DNA from: an uncultured Spirochaetota bacterium
GTDB taxonomy: Bacteria; Spirochaetota; Brevinematia; Brevinematales; JAOACQ01
Assembly (NCBI GenBank): GCA_963768055.1
Contig: CAVYGN010000001.1
Span: 1,230,080 to 1,294,079, forward strand
Direction: 5' to 3'
DNA length: 64,000 nucleotides
Position 1 is the stretch's first letter. The number at the start of each line of letters is the position of its first letter. Below are positions 37,070 through 47,041 of the stretch, piece after piece. The translations under genes and the position numbers were made by a program. Under the pieces are notes generated by a model, which worked only from the letters and a program-made list of their open reading frames with translations, searched no databases and had not been told where the DNA came from.

Positions 37070-37176
37070 AGTTATGGACGGCTTTCATATCGGCAATCTC
37101 CTGACTACATGCATGAGGCACAGGTCCTGGAAGGGCTTGTCCCTGAGTTATAAAACTGCCCATAAGGATGATTTAA

Positions 37177-39372
37177 ATGAATTATATTGATGAAAATTCA
37201 TTGGCAAAAATAATCAATTTTGAACATTATGATCCTTTTGAAGTTTTGGGTTATCATGAAATTTCTATAAACGGGGAAAAGTCCGGTTCTATAAGCGCTT
37301 TCATCCCGGCCGCAAAAGGTATTTCTGTTATTGAGATTCAAACAGGCCGGGAAACGCCGATGGAACTCATTCATCCCGACGGTTTCTATATTTACATCAA
37401 TTTATCGGGACCTGAATTCTTCCCCTATGAGTTAAAAATCATTTATGATAATGGATATACGCAAATAACACGCGATCCCTATTCGTTTCTTCCTGTAATT
37501 TCAGAGTATGACAGGCATTTATTTAATGAAGGAAGCCATCAGGAAGCATATGAAAAACTCGGAGCCCATATTATTAATATTGACGGCGTTAATGGCGTCC
37601 ATTTTGCAGTTTGGGCCCCGAATGCAAGAGCCGCCAGTGTTATCGGAGATTTTAACGGCTGGGATACCCGGCGTCATCAAATGCGGGTATTAGGCCAATC
37701 AGGCATATGGGAAATTTTTATTCCGGGCATTTCCGAGGGTGATATTTATAAGTTTGCAATTAAAACAAAAGACGGCTCGGTTTTTTTTAAAGCCGATCCA
37801 TTTGCATATTATTCCGAACTTAGGCCCAAGACAGGCTCAATTGTCTGGAATATAGGCAAATTTGAATGGAGCGACAGGGATTGGCTGGTTAAAAGGGACA
37901 GCGGTCGCAATCTCGATAAACCGATGACAATTTATGAGCTCCATCTAGGCTCATGGATGCGGGTGCCTGACGAAAACAACCGTTCCCTGACCTACAGAGA
38001 GGCCGCAGTCAAAATCACCGAATATATAAAAAAAATGAATTATACTCATATTGAGTTGATGCCGGTTGCGGAACACCCTTTCGACGGGTCATGGGGTTAT
38101 CAGATTACCGGTTATTTCGCTCCTACAAGCCGTTTCGGGACTCCGGAAGATTTCATGTATTTTATCGATTATCTCCATCAAAATGAGATTGGAGTACTTA
38201 TTGACTGGGTTCCGGGCCATTTTCCCAAGGATGCGCATGGCTTATGCTGGTTTGACGGGACAGCACTTTATGAGCATTACGATGACAGGAAAGGAGAGCA
38301 AAGAGACTGGGGTACGAAGATATTCAATTTCGGCAGGAACGAAGTCAGGAATTTTTTGATATCAAACGCCCTGTTCTGGCTTGGAAAGTACCATATAGAC
38401 GGGTTCAGGGTCGATGCTGTAGCTTCTATGCTATATCTTGACTACAGCCGGAAGGAAGGGGAATGGATTCCTAACCAGTACGGCGGAAGGGAAAATCTGG
38501 AAGCGATAGATTTTATTAAAAAGATGAACGAACTTGTTTACAACCGCTTTCCAGGCGCGATGACTATCGCTGAAGAATCCACGGCATTCGGCGGTGTATC
38601 GAGGCCGACATACGTTGGAGGGCTGGGTTTCGAATTTAAATGGAATATGGGATGGATGCATGACTCCCTGGTCTATTTCAGTAAAGAACCGGTTTATAGA
38701 AAATATCACCAGGGGACTCTCACTTTCTCAATGATATACGCTTTTAGTGAAAATTTCATACTTGTACTTTCTCATGATGAAGTGGTTCATGGAAAAGCAT
38801 CTCTGCTGTCCAAAATGCCGGGGGACATATGGCAAAAATTTGCTAATTTAAGGCTTCTGTACACATATATGTTTACTCACCCGGGTAAAAAAATGCTTTT
38901 TATGGGACAGGAATTCGGACAATGGGACGAATGGAATGCGGATAAAAGTTTAGACTGGCATCTTACTGCATACGAACCCCATTACAGGCTCCAGAAATTA
39001 GTTTCCGATCTCAACTTTTTGTACAGGAACGAACCGGCCCTTTACGAGATAGATTTTGAACCCGGCGGATTCGAGTGGATAGATTTTTACGATTCCGACA
39101 ATAGTATTATCAGCTTTATCAGGAGGGCTAAGGACGGAAAATTCATAGTTGCTGCACTTAATTTTACGCCTGTGCTCCGTAACAATTATAAAATAGGAGC
39201 TATAGCTAAAGGCTTTTACAGGGAAATTTTCAATTCCGATTCCGTCAAATACGGCGGCAGCGATAACGGAAACAACCCGGGAATTACATCATCCGACGAA
39301 CCCTGGAACGGCAAACCCTTTTCTCTGGAAATAACACTACCGCCGCTCGCAGGTGTGGTTTTTAAACTGTAA
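37177..39372 (+). CDS. glgB: 1,4-alpha-glucan branching enzyme
   Basis: 731 aa. GH13 blocks [18 protein letters not shown] and [11 protein letters not shown]. Confidence 0.93.
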   Translation: MNYIDENSLAKIINFEHYDPFEVLGYHEISINGEKSGSISAFIPAAKGISVIEIQTGRETPMELIHPDGFYIYINLSGPEFFPYELKIIYDNGYTQITRDPYSFLPVISEYDRHLFNEGSHQEAYEKLGAHIINIDGVNGVHFAVWAPNARAASVIGDFNGWDTRRHQMRVLGQSGIWEIFIPGISEGDIYKFAIKTKDGSVFFKADPFAYYSELRPKTGSIVWNIGKFEWSDRDWLVKRDSGRNLDKPMTIYELHLGSWMRVPDENNRSLTYREAAVKITEYIKKMNYTHIELMPVAEHPFDGSWGYQITGYFAPTSRFGTPEDFMYFIDYLHQNEIGVLIDWVPGHFPKDAHGLCWFDGTALYEHYDDRKGEQRDWGTKIFNFGRNEVRNFLISNALFWLGKYHIDGFRVDAVASMLYLDYSRKEGEWIPNQYGGRENLEAIDFIKKMNELVYNRFPGAMTIAEESTAFGGVSRPTYVGGLGFEFKWNMGWMHDSLVYFSKEPVYRKYHQGTLTFSMIYAFSENFILVLSHDEVVHGKASLLSKMPGDIWQKFANLRLLYTYMFTHPGKKMLFMGQEFGQWDEWNADKSLDWHLTAYEPHYRLQKLVSDLNFLYRNEPALYEIDFEPGGFEWIDFYDSDNSIISFIRRAKDGKFIVAALNFTPVLRNNYKIGAIAKGFYREIFNSDSVKYGGSDNGNNPGITSSDEPWNGKPFSLEITLPPLAGVVFKL

Positions 39373-39393
39373 TCGGAAAAGGGGGTATAGGCA

Positions 39394-41475
39394 ATGAAAA
39401 CTGAAAAGGTAAAAAAAAGATTAAACAAAAATTTTATGGTGATATCTCTTTCCACCCTTGTTTTCTGTATTATCGGAGGGCTGTACTATTTGGTACCGAT
39501 GATAATTCCCGATTTTAATGTTTTTCAGGGTATCGAGAACAATTCGGTTGATTTCCGTTTTACTGCAAAAAATTACATGGATAGTGTAATTTTCAAAACA
39601 GGGAAAAACGGAATATATAACAGGATAGTTATAGCCGCAATAGATGACGAAACGATCATCGATAACAGCGGATGGCCCTTCGACAGGAAAGTCTGGGCCG
39701 ATGCCCTTAACTTCCTGAACGATTCGCTCTCAAGGCCGGGCCTCACATTCTTCGATATTGATTTCAGCGACCCCAGCCAGAAGCCCGAAAGCGACAGAGC
39801 GCTTATTAAAGCCTTCAAAAATTACAGGGGGAGCCTTGGCGAAGATATTATCCTTGAAGCTATCGAAGGGCTTGACTTAAACGCGCTTAAAACCGGCGGA
39901 GAGGAATCGATCGAAACCAGGGATAACATTATAATACAAAAAGCGATGGATTACGATTCTGAAAGGATAAAGGCCCTGAAAAAATTCGAAATAAAGGTTA
40001 CAAATGAAATAAACACTCTTTATCCGATAGTTTCCCCTCTTCTTAAAGAGCTCCCGGAATACCTCCAGTTTGTCGGCGCAGCCAATATCGAATCGCGTGA
40101 AAAGACATACAGGGCTGTTCCGGCTATCCCCTTCATCAATCCTGTTTTTTACAGGATATTGGGCCCGGATGGAAAATATTCCCTTACAAATATATGTTAT
40201 CCTTCGATAATCCTTGCAATAGTCCTGAATGAACTTAAAGCAGGGCTCTCGGATGTCGTTCTCGGGGATCATGCAGTGATTATTAAAAATGCCTTATATA
40301 AAGGGCGGAGGTCTGATTTCAGCATACCGGTGGATGAAAACTTCCAGATGAGCATAAATTACAGGTCAGGCCCGCGCAGTTCATATATCATGAAAATACC
40401 GTTCAGAAATCTTACTACCGCAAGGCTGCCCGAGGATTCAATGCTTTTTATCGGCATGTATTCGACAAAGGGCAGCAGGGATTTATATAATTCGCCGGTG
40501 GGAGAGATGTTCGGGGTAGAGCACCTGGCATACGCAGTAGGCACCATACTCAGCAGGGATTTCCTCTATGATGCCCCCGAGTGGATGAATCTTATATACA
40601 TGTTATTTTTGACTGTATTTGTAGGCTTTGCGACATCCCGGGGACTCAAATACATAGTAGGCGCGGCCTCATTATCCATAATACTGCCTATCGCTTTAGG
40701 AGTCATAGCTTTTCAATTCAACTTTATCATCTCGACGCTGATCCCGGCAATAAGCGGAATAATAGCCCTCTTAACGATCCAGATTTACATGCTTTTCACC
40801 GAAGAGAAGGAGAAAAGTTTTATAAAAACCACTTTCTCAAGTTATCTTAACCCCAAACTTGTCGACATCCTTATCCAGAACCCGGAAAGGATACAGCTCG
40901 GAGGCGAAGATAAAGAGATCACTGTCCTTTTTTCGGCCATTAAGAACCTCGGGGACATAACAGCAGGCATGGGTGCAAAGGAGCTTATAGGCTTCTTAAA
41001 CGATTATTTTTCAATGATGGCAGACATAGTGATGGACACAAGCGGAACTCTCGACAAGTACATCGGGGACTCGGTAATGGCGTTCTGGGGAGCCCCTATA
41101 GATATTCCCGACCACGCGATAAAGGCCTGCGAAGCAGGATTAAAAATGTTAGAGACGGTTAAGGATTTCAATAAAAAAAGAAGTGAAAAAGCCCTTGATC
41201 CGATCAATGTTAATATAGGGATCAATACCGGCTGCATTATTGTCGGAAATGTCGGATCTGAGAGCCAGAAAAACTATACAGCGATAGGCGATCCGGTAAA
41301 CCTCGCCTCGAGGCTCAAGGGCCTTAACAAGTTTTACCATACCCAGACCGTTATAAGCGAATATACATATGAAAAGATCAGGGACCGCTGCCTGGCAAGA
41401 GAACTGGACCTTACGCGGGTAAAGGGGAAATTAAAGCCTGTAAGAATATATGAACTCCTGGATCTTAAACTATAA
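39394..41475 (+). CDS. CHASE2 sensor - class III nucleotidyl cyclase, paralog 1 (first metal-binding Asp replaced; C2-like)
   Basis: N-terminal TM. CHASE2 block IVIAAIDDETIIDNSGWPFDRKVWADALNFL. TM cluster at ~390-470. Cyclase domain with VLFSAIKNLGD, KYIGDSVMAFWGAP and GDPVNLASRL. Confidence 0.85.
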   Translation: MKTEKVKKRLNKNFMVISLSTLVFCIIGGLYYLVPMIIPDFNVFQGIENNSVDFRFTAKNYMDSVIFKTGKNGIYNRIVIAAIDDETIIDNSGWPFDRKVWADALNFLNDSLSRPGLTFFDIDFSDPSQKPESDRALIKAFKNYRGSLGEDIILEAIEGLDLNALKTGGEESIETRDNIIIQKAMDYDSERIKALKKFEIKVTNEINTLYPIVSPLLKELPEYLQFVGAANIESREKTYRAVPAIPFINPVFYRILGPDGKYSLTNICYPSIILAIVLNELKAGLSDVVLGDHAVIIKNALYKGRRSDFSIPVDENFQMSINYRSGPRSSYIMKIPFRNLTTARLPEDSMLFIGMYSTKGSRDLYNSPVGEMFGVEHLAYAVGTILSRDFLYDAPEWMNLIYMLFLTVFVGFATSRGLKYIVGAASLSIILPIALGVIAFQFNFIISTLIPAISGIIALLTIQIYMLFTEEKEKSFIKTTFSSYLNPKLVDILIQNPERIQLGGEDKEITVLFSAIKNLGDITAGMGAKELIGFLNDYFSMMADIVMDTSGTLDKYIGDSVMAFWGAPIDIPDHAIKACEAGLKMLETVKDFNKKRSEKALDPINVNIGINTGCIIVGNVGSESQKNYTAIGDPVNLASRLKGLNKFYHTQTVISEYTYEKIRDRCLARELDLTRVKGKLKPVRIYELLDLKL

Positions 41476-41493
41476 TTTGTTAAGGAGGGGGGT

Positions 41494-43623
41494 ATGGCCG
41501 GGAAAAATAAAATCGGAAAATCGAGCACCATAATACTTATATCTTTGGCTGTAATTCTGTTTATTGCCGGGATGTTTTACCTGCCGCATGAATATGACTT
41601 TCTGTCGGTCAGAAAAGTCCTCCATGCTTTTGAAGACCTTTCCATCGGCTGGAGGTTCGTCTCCAAGTCCTTTCAAACGGGCACTTTTGTGCAGGTCAAG
41701 GGCGCGATTCACCGCAACCAGGTCCCGGGCATTTATTCTAAAATGACCATCTTCGAACTCGATGACGACTCAATCAGTTATTATAAAAGCTATCCTATCG
41801 ATAGAAAGGTATGGGCGAAACTGCTGGACCATTTTAATTCATCCAACTCGATTTATAAAAAACCCCATTTATATCCCCCCGATCTTCTTTTGTTCGATAT
41901 TTTCTTCGATAAACCAAGCCCGAACACCGATAGCGACGCCGCCCTGGCAAAATCATTCGCTTCATTCAGCCAGCCTGCTGGCGGAGATTTTATGCTTTAC
42001 CCTATTCCTATGTTCCGCCCTCAGCTTGATTCAGATAATTACATAATCGATGAAAAAGACAGAAAAACTATTATAAAAGAAGGGCTTTCCTACGATTCTC
42101 CCGAAGCCGCCGCTTTGCAAAAATTCGAATTAAATACAGGCCTTAAACCCGGGGAAATAAGACCCTTTTACAAGGTAAAATCCATAATAGGAAAAATATC
42201 GGAGAACCTTACTTTTTCGGGCTTTGTGAATACCGAGCCTATCGAACCCGGGGAAGATATATACTGCAAAAATCCCCTGGTCCTTCCTGTGGGATACTAT
42301 ATCGAGGAAAACGGGAAATTAAAAATAACTAATATATACTACCCTTCGATAGCTTTGTCGGCCGCCGTAAAACTCCTTGGCGCGGATTTGAAGGATGTAG
42401 TTCTCGAAAAGGGCAAAGTAATTATTAAAAACGCCGTCTGGCATGGCGGAAAAAGCGACTTTTCAATACCGGTGGATAATGAGTACAGGCTTTTGATAAA
42501 TTATAAAGCGACAGGCCCTTCCGGCTTCATACAAATTATGCCCATTAAACTGGCTGAGCATGCCCAATTTCCTAAAAATTCAATATTTCTTATCGGTGTA
42601 GCCACTTCCGGAATATCGGATAACAAATGGCTTTCCCCCCTTGGGGATATGTACAGCGTGGAACATATAGGATATTCCATCGGGACAATATTAAACAGGG
42701 ATTTTATTAATGAAGTCCCATTACCCTTTGAACTTGCTTACCTCATCGTTTTTACGATCTTGATCGGGATCCTGCTCTCAAGGGGGACCGGAACGGCCAT
42801 TATAGCCCTTCTGCTTGCAATAATATTTCCGCTTTTTCTCGGCTTCGCGCTATTTCAGATTAATATAATGATAGTTACACTTATACCTATTATCACAGGA
42901 GGTCTCGCCCTCGTTGCCGGTGAAATATTTATTATACTTACGGAGCAAAGGGAAAAACGGTTTATAAAATCCACTTTTTCTAAGTATGTCAGTCCGGATC
43001 TTGTTAATATCCTTGTGGCAAACCCAGAAAAGATCGAACTTGGAGGCCAGGATACGGAGGCGACAGTCCTCTTTTCAGATATAAGAGGGTTTACAACCCT
43101 TTCGGAAGGTATGCAGCCGAAGGATCTCATAGGTTTTTTAAACCTGTATCTGACAAGAATGACCAACATTGTCATGGAGACAAAAGGAACCCTGGACAAA
43201 TATATAGGAGACGCTGTTGTCGCGTTTTGGGGTACGCCGATCGAACTCCCCGACCATGCGCTTAAGGCATGCCAGGCAGGCCTTAAAATGATCGATTCCA
43301 TGAACGCTTTTAACGAAGAACAGGTAAAGTTGGGAAATAAGGCGATAAATATCGGAATAGGCCTGAATACAGGGAACATTACCGTAGGTAATATCGGATC
43401 GGAAAAGAAGAGAAATTATACGGCGATCGGCGATAATATGGATATGGCTGAAGACCTTCAGGATGAAAATAAATTTTATCAAACCAATGTTATTATCAGC
43501 CAGTTCACTTATGAAAAAATCAAGGAATGGGCCGTTGTCAGGGAATTGGACAGTATTTATGTAAAGGGTCATAATAATCCGATAAAGATATACGAACTTA
43601 TGGATTTGACTAAATGGGATTGA
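41494..43623 (+). CDS. CHASE2 sensor - class III nucleotidyl cyclase, paralog 2 (transition-state Asn/Arg replaced; C1-like)
   Basis: Same architecture as paralog 1. Cyclase domain with VLFSDIRGFTTLSE, KYIGDAVVAFWGTP and GDNMDMAEDL. AAGGAGG RBS. Confidence 0.85.
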   Translation: MAGKNKIGKSSTIILISLAVILFIAGMFYLPHEYDFLSVRKVLHAFEDLSIGWRFVSKSFQTGTFVQVKGAIHRNQVPGIYSKMTIFELDDDSISYYKSYPIDRKVWAKLLDHFNSSNSIYKKPHLYPPDLLLFDIFFDKPSPNTDSDAALAKSFASFSQPAGGDFMLYPIPMFRPQLDSDNYIIDEKDRKTIIKEGLSYDSPEAAALQKFELNTGLKPGEIRPFYKVKSIIGKISENLTFSGFVNTEPIEPGEDIYCKNPLVLPVGYYIEENGKLKITNIYYPSIALSAAVKLLGADLKDVVLEKGKVIIKNAVWHGGKSDFSIPVDNEYRLLINYKATGPSGFIQIMPIKLAEHAQFPKNSIFLIGVATSGISDNKWLSPLGDMYSVEHIGYSIGTILNRDFINEVPLPFELAYLIVFTILIGILLSRGTGTAIIALLLAIIFPLFLGFALFQINIMIVTLIPIITGGLALVAGEIFIILTEQREKRFIKSTFSKYVSPDLVNILVANPEKIELGGQDTEATVLFSDIRGFTTLSEGMQPKDLIGFLNLYLTRMTNIVMETKGTLDKYIGDAVVAFWGTPIELPDHALKACQAGLKMIDSMNAFNEEQVKLGNKAINIGIGLNTGNITVGNIGSEKKRNYTAIGDNMDMAEDLQDENKFYQTNVIISQFTYEKIKEWAVVRELDSIYVKGHNNPIKIYELMDLTKWD

Positions 43624-45353
43624 AACCTCTTAATTACGGGTTTGCACTGCTTCTGTTTGTTTTTTGTTCATGCACCTCCGGTCTTATAAAAGAAGAGCAG
43701 GAAAAGCAGCAAACAAATCTCTCTGCAGCTATTTTAGACTCTATAGTAAAGCGCTATACTATCATAATATACCCCTTCCGGAATCTCACAGGCGAAGGGG
43801 ACCTCGATTATTTGACAAACGCAATTCCGGATATGCTTGAAAACCATTTAAAACCGATAGAAAGCGAAACATCATTTATACCCTTTGAAATTGTGGATTT
43901 CAGCTTGAATTCGAATGTAATAAATCTCGTTGAGGCTTCGAATTCTATTTTTACAAATTATCTTATTTTACAGCCGGTTACATTGACGCAATACAAAGCT
44001 GATACAACGTTAGGCAATATCAATTCCATTATTACAACAAATTTGGTGAGTACAAATTCTACAAATTCAACAAATACAAATACTAATACGAATAAAGTGA
44101 TTGTCGCCAATTATACAATCGGAGGCCAGCCCTATATCATCAGTACGAATATGAACACAAATATTATCACAAATTCAATAATTACAAATATAATACAGAC
44201 CAACCTCCCAAAATTGACCAGGGAAAATTATATGGCCCTTATTTTAAACGAATACACGGATTTGACGAATATAATATGTTTCATGCCTATCGATATAACA
44301 AACAGGGGGATCGGACATACCAACGCGTTATCAAATTCAGTTAATTTATCGAATTCTATAAGCAATAATTATTCTATAAGCAATAACTATTGTGAAGTTC
44401 GTGGAAGCTACTCCCTGGTTGAAAAACGGCAGGGTCCGAACCTGCTAAAAGTCGATATGACCGCTGTTTTCGTTATGAATGGAACGAATATTATTAAAAG
44501 GGAAATAACAAGCAGAGAGGACAGGCTTTCCGAAAAGATTTTCGATTTCGTGAAACCGATCAGAAGGCTTAGCCTGAATAAAGAAACCGGCGATATTATT
44601 ATCGATTCCCAGCCGGAGGACGCCAGCATTTATTATGACGGTATCTTTATTGGAAAGAGCCCCTTATATTATCCATCGATTCCCGCAGGACAGCATGTCT
44701 TTTCATTTTTAAAACAGGGGTTTTCTCAGGTTGTCGTTAAATCCGATATCCTTACGAACAGGACAAATATAATTTATAAACCGATAGAACAACTCCAGAC
44801 CGGAGGGATAGTAAGTATCAAGTCCGAACCGTCCAATGCTCTAGTTTATATAGATTCTTCTTTTGTGGGCAAAACACCGATTGTGCTTACAGATCTGACT
44901 ATCGATACCCTGCACAGGGTCACAATAGAAACCACGGCTTCAAACTACTTTCCGTTTTATAATAACTTTACGTTGCATAATACAAATATCCAATATGAAA
45001 TCGATGCGACGCTTACCGGAATTCAGGGTACTCCTGATTGGGAACGGCGTTTGAATTGGTATGGAGTCTACGCGGGATGGGGCGTTACAGCCTTTTTCGT
45101 CGCTTTGAATATCTACGCCGATTATGAAAAACAGTACTATGAGGATCAGGTTTTTAACCAGGGAAACAGCGATGCGCAGGCTGGCGTCAGCTTTTATGAC
45201 AATCTTAATCATACAACGACTACGTGGGGTGTGGTTTCCGGCATTGTGACATTGGGCTTTACCTGCGTTGCCCTCTTCAATGAGGAAGTCTACCTGGGAT
45301 TGCGAAGCACATCGCCCTCGGATATCGACGCGTATCTAGCCTTGAGATTTTAA
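43614..45353 (+). CDS. Probable lipoprotein: LpoB/CsgG-like N-domain, N/T/S/I-rich low-complexity region, two PEGA domains, C-terminal TM
   Basis: Signal/lipobox-like LLLFVFCSC. PEGA-like IIIDSQPEDASIYYDGIFIGKSP and VSIKSEPSNALVYIDSSFVGKTP. The ATG overlaps the upstream stop by 10 nt. Confidence 0.7.
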   Translation: MGLKPLNYGFALLLFVFCSCTSGLIKEEQEKQQTNLSAAILDSIVKRYTIIIYPFRNLTGEGDLDYLTNAIPDMLENHLKPIESETSFIPFEIVDFSLNSNVINLVEASNSIFTNYLILQPVTLTQYKADTTLGNINSIITTNLVSTNSTNSTNTNTNTNKVIVANYTIGGQPYIISTNMNTNIITNSIITNIIQTNLPKLTRENYMALILNEYTDLTNIICFMPIDITNRGIGHTNALSNSVNLSNSISNNYSISNNYCEVRGSYSLVEKRQGPNLLKVDMTAVFVMNGTNIIKREITSREDRLSEKIFDFVKPIRRLSLNKETGDIIIDSQPEDASIYYDGIFIGKSPLYYPSIPAGQHVFSFLKQGFSQVVVKSDILTNRTNIIYKPIEQLQTGGIVSIKSEPSNALVYIDSSFVGKTPIVLTDLTIDTLHRVTIETTASNYFPFYNNFTLHNTNIQYEIDATLTGIQGTPDWERRLNWYGVYAGWGVTAFFVALNIYADYEKQYYEDQVFNQGNSDAQAGVSFYDNLNHTTTTWGVVSGIVTLGFTCVALFNEEVYLGLRSTSPSDIDAYLALRF

Positions 45354-46178
45354 AAATTCAGCAAGAACCCTCCCCCCTACCGGGTGGTTCTTTATATATA
45401 ACAGCCATGATAAAAGATAGCTCTCAGGCTCTCCGGTATCAAGCATCGTTCCGCTGATTTCTAAAGCTTGCACCCTCCCCATTTCCGCCAGTTTGTTTAT
45501 AGCCTCAATGTGGTAAAATTCACCGCCGGTATGGTTTTTATAATCGGTTTCCAGAAAATCGAGTATCTCCGGTGTGTATAAATATCTGCCTATTGAAACA
45601 AAATTGGAAGGCGCATTTCCATTATCCGGTTTTTCAACAATTTTTTCAATATCGAGGAATTCTCCCGACTTTTTAAATTTAACGACCCCATAACGTGATA
45701 AATTGACTTGTTCTTTTCTAATTGCAAGAATATTTTTACCCGTACGGTTATACAAATCTATCATTGAACTTGTAAGTCCGGGATCGCTTAAAACAATATC
45801 GTCCGGATAGGCAACTATTAAGGGTTCCTGCTGAATAAACGGCTTTATCATCAACAGGGCCTGTCCCGTACCCTTCATTTCCTTCTGCCTGATAAAACAA
45901 AAGTTCATATTTCTCGGTTTTATGCTGTTAAGCATTTTGCTTTTTTTACTCTTGCCGAGTTCCTGCTCCAGTTCAATCTCTTTATCGAGGTAATCCTCAA
46001 GCGGCTTCTTTCTTCTGCTCGATATAATTATAACGTCCTTTATGCCGGCTTCTTCAAACTCATCAAGTATAAAATCGATGAGGGGCCTGTCGTACAAAGG
46101 AAGCATTTCCTTTGGAAGAGATTTCGTCAGAGGTAAAAAACGAGTCCCGTAGCCTGCCGCGACGATCACGCCTTTCAT
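45336..46178 (-). CDS. galU: UTP-glucose-1-phosphate uridylyltransferase
   Basis: GVIVAAGYGTRFLPLTKSLPKEMLPL. GAGGAG RBS. Confidence 0.9.
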   Translation of the reverse strand: MKGVIVAAGYGTRFLPLTKSLPKEMLPLYDRPLIDFILDEFEEAGIKDVIIISSRRKKPLEDYLDKEIELEQELGKSKKSKMLNSIKPRNMNFCFIRQKEMKGTGQALLMIKPFIQQEPLIVAYPDDIVLSDPGLTSSMIDLYNRTGKNILAIRKEQVNLSRYGVVKFKKSGEFLDIEKIVEKPDNGNAPSNFVSIGRYLYTPEILDFLETDYKNHTGGEFYHIEAINKLAEMGRVQALEISGTMLDTGEPESYLLSWLLYIKNHPVGGRVLAEFLKSQG

Positions 46179-46451
46179 ATAAACTCCTCGATATAATTAC
46201 CGGCTTCTATAACAAATTCAGCGAAGCCACGCAAAGACTCACAAGGAGGTTTTCAGGTTTGTATAGAAATACCCTCGCTTCCCGATCCTTAAATTATTCT
46301 CCCCGTTTATTAGCGTGGCTTAGCGGATAGACAGCCAAGGCCGTAAACGCTAATATTGACCGATTGTAATAAAAAATGCATATAATTATAAAACTTTTTA
46401 TTAGCGATAACAAGAATTGCAATAATACCGATATTATCTAAAGGAGCGGCT

Positions 46452-46946
46452 ATGAATCCTATCGATTTTGCGGTAATAGTTTTATTGATTGTCGGATTCG
46501 TCTGGGGTTTCAGCAAGGGTTTCATATACATGATATTCAGTCTCCTCGCTATAATCGGAGGCCTGTTTGTCGGCAACAAATTAGCCCCCATGATCGTTCC
46601 CGTTTTCCCGCAGCAATATTCGAAAATCGGTTACATAATAGTTTTTATTATAATATTTATTTTGATTTATGTTTTAATCAAGAAATTGACTTACCTTCTC
46701 AACGATATGGTCGAGTTCCTGGAGCTCGAATGGCTGGATAGCCTTCTCGGAGGCATTATCGGCCTGGTACAATTTCTTATAATCATCGGCGTCATTATAT
46801 CTGTAGGAAATTCTTCCCGCTTTTTAAGTTTTATACCCGCTTTTCAGGATAGTAAAATTGCTTTTACAATATCAAATCTATCAATGCAGATCATCAACTT
46901 CGTGGCCGGCAACTTTTCCATCGCATCAGTGAAGCCGCTGCTATAA
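46452..46946 (+). CDS. cvpA: CvpA-family membrane protein
   Basis: MNPIDFAVIVLLIVGFVWGFSKGF with 4 TM helices. AAGGAG RBS. Confidence 0.75.
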   Translation: MNPIDFAVIVLLIVGFVWGFSKGFIYMIFSLLAIIGGLFVGNKLAPMIVPVFPQQYSKIGYIIVFIIIFILIYVLIKKLTYLLNDMVEFLELEWLDSLLGGIIGLVQFLIIIGVIISVGNSSRFLSFIPAFQDSKIAFTISNLSMQIINFVAGNFSIASVKPLL

Positions 46947-47041
46947 GTTATTCGATCCAAGTTCTATTTCTTTTTATTTTCTTTCTTGACTGCTTATAGT
47001 ATATTAATTAATATGAATATCAAGCATTGTTGAGGTTATAC

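Noticed and set aside
36857-37153. 98-aa plus-strand ORF spanning the intergenic region upstream of glgB, and the 72-93 aa ORFs at 46112-46591.
   Set aside because: They have no RBS, they overlap the 5' ends and promoters of the flanking genes, and their translations are low-complexity. The regions are better explained as promoter and leader DNA.
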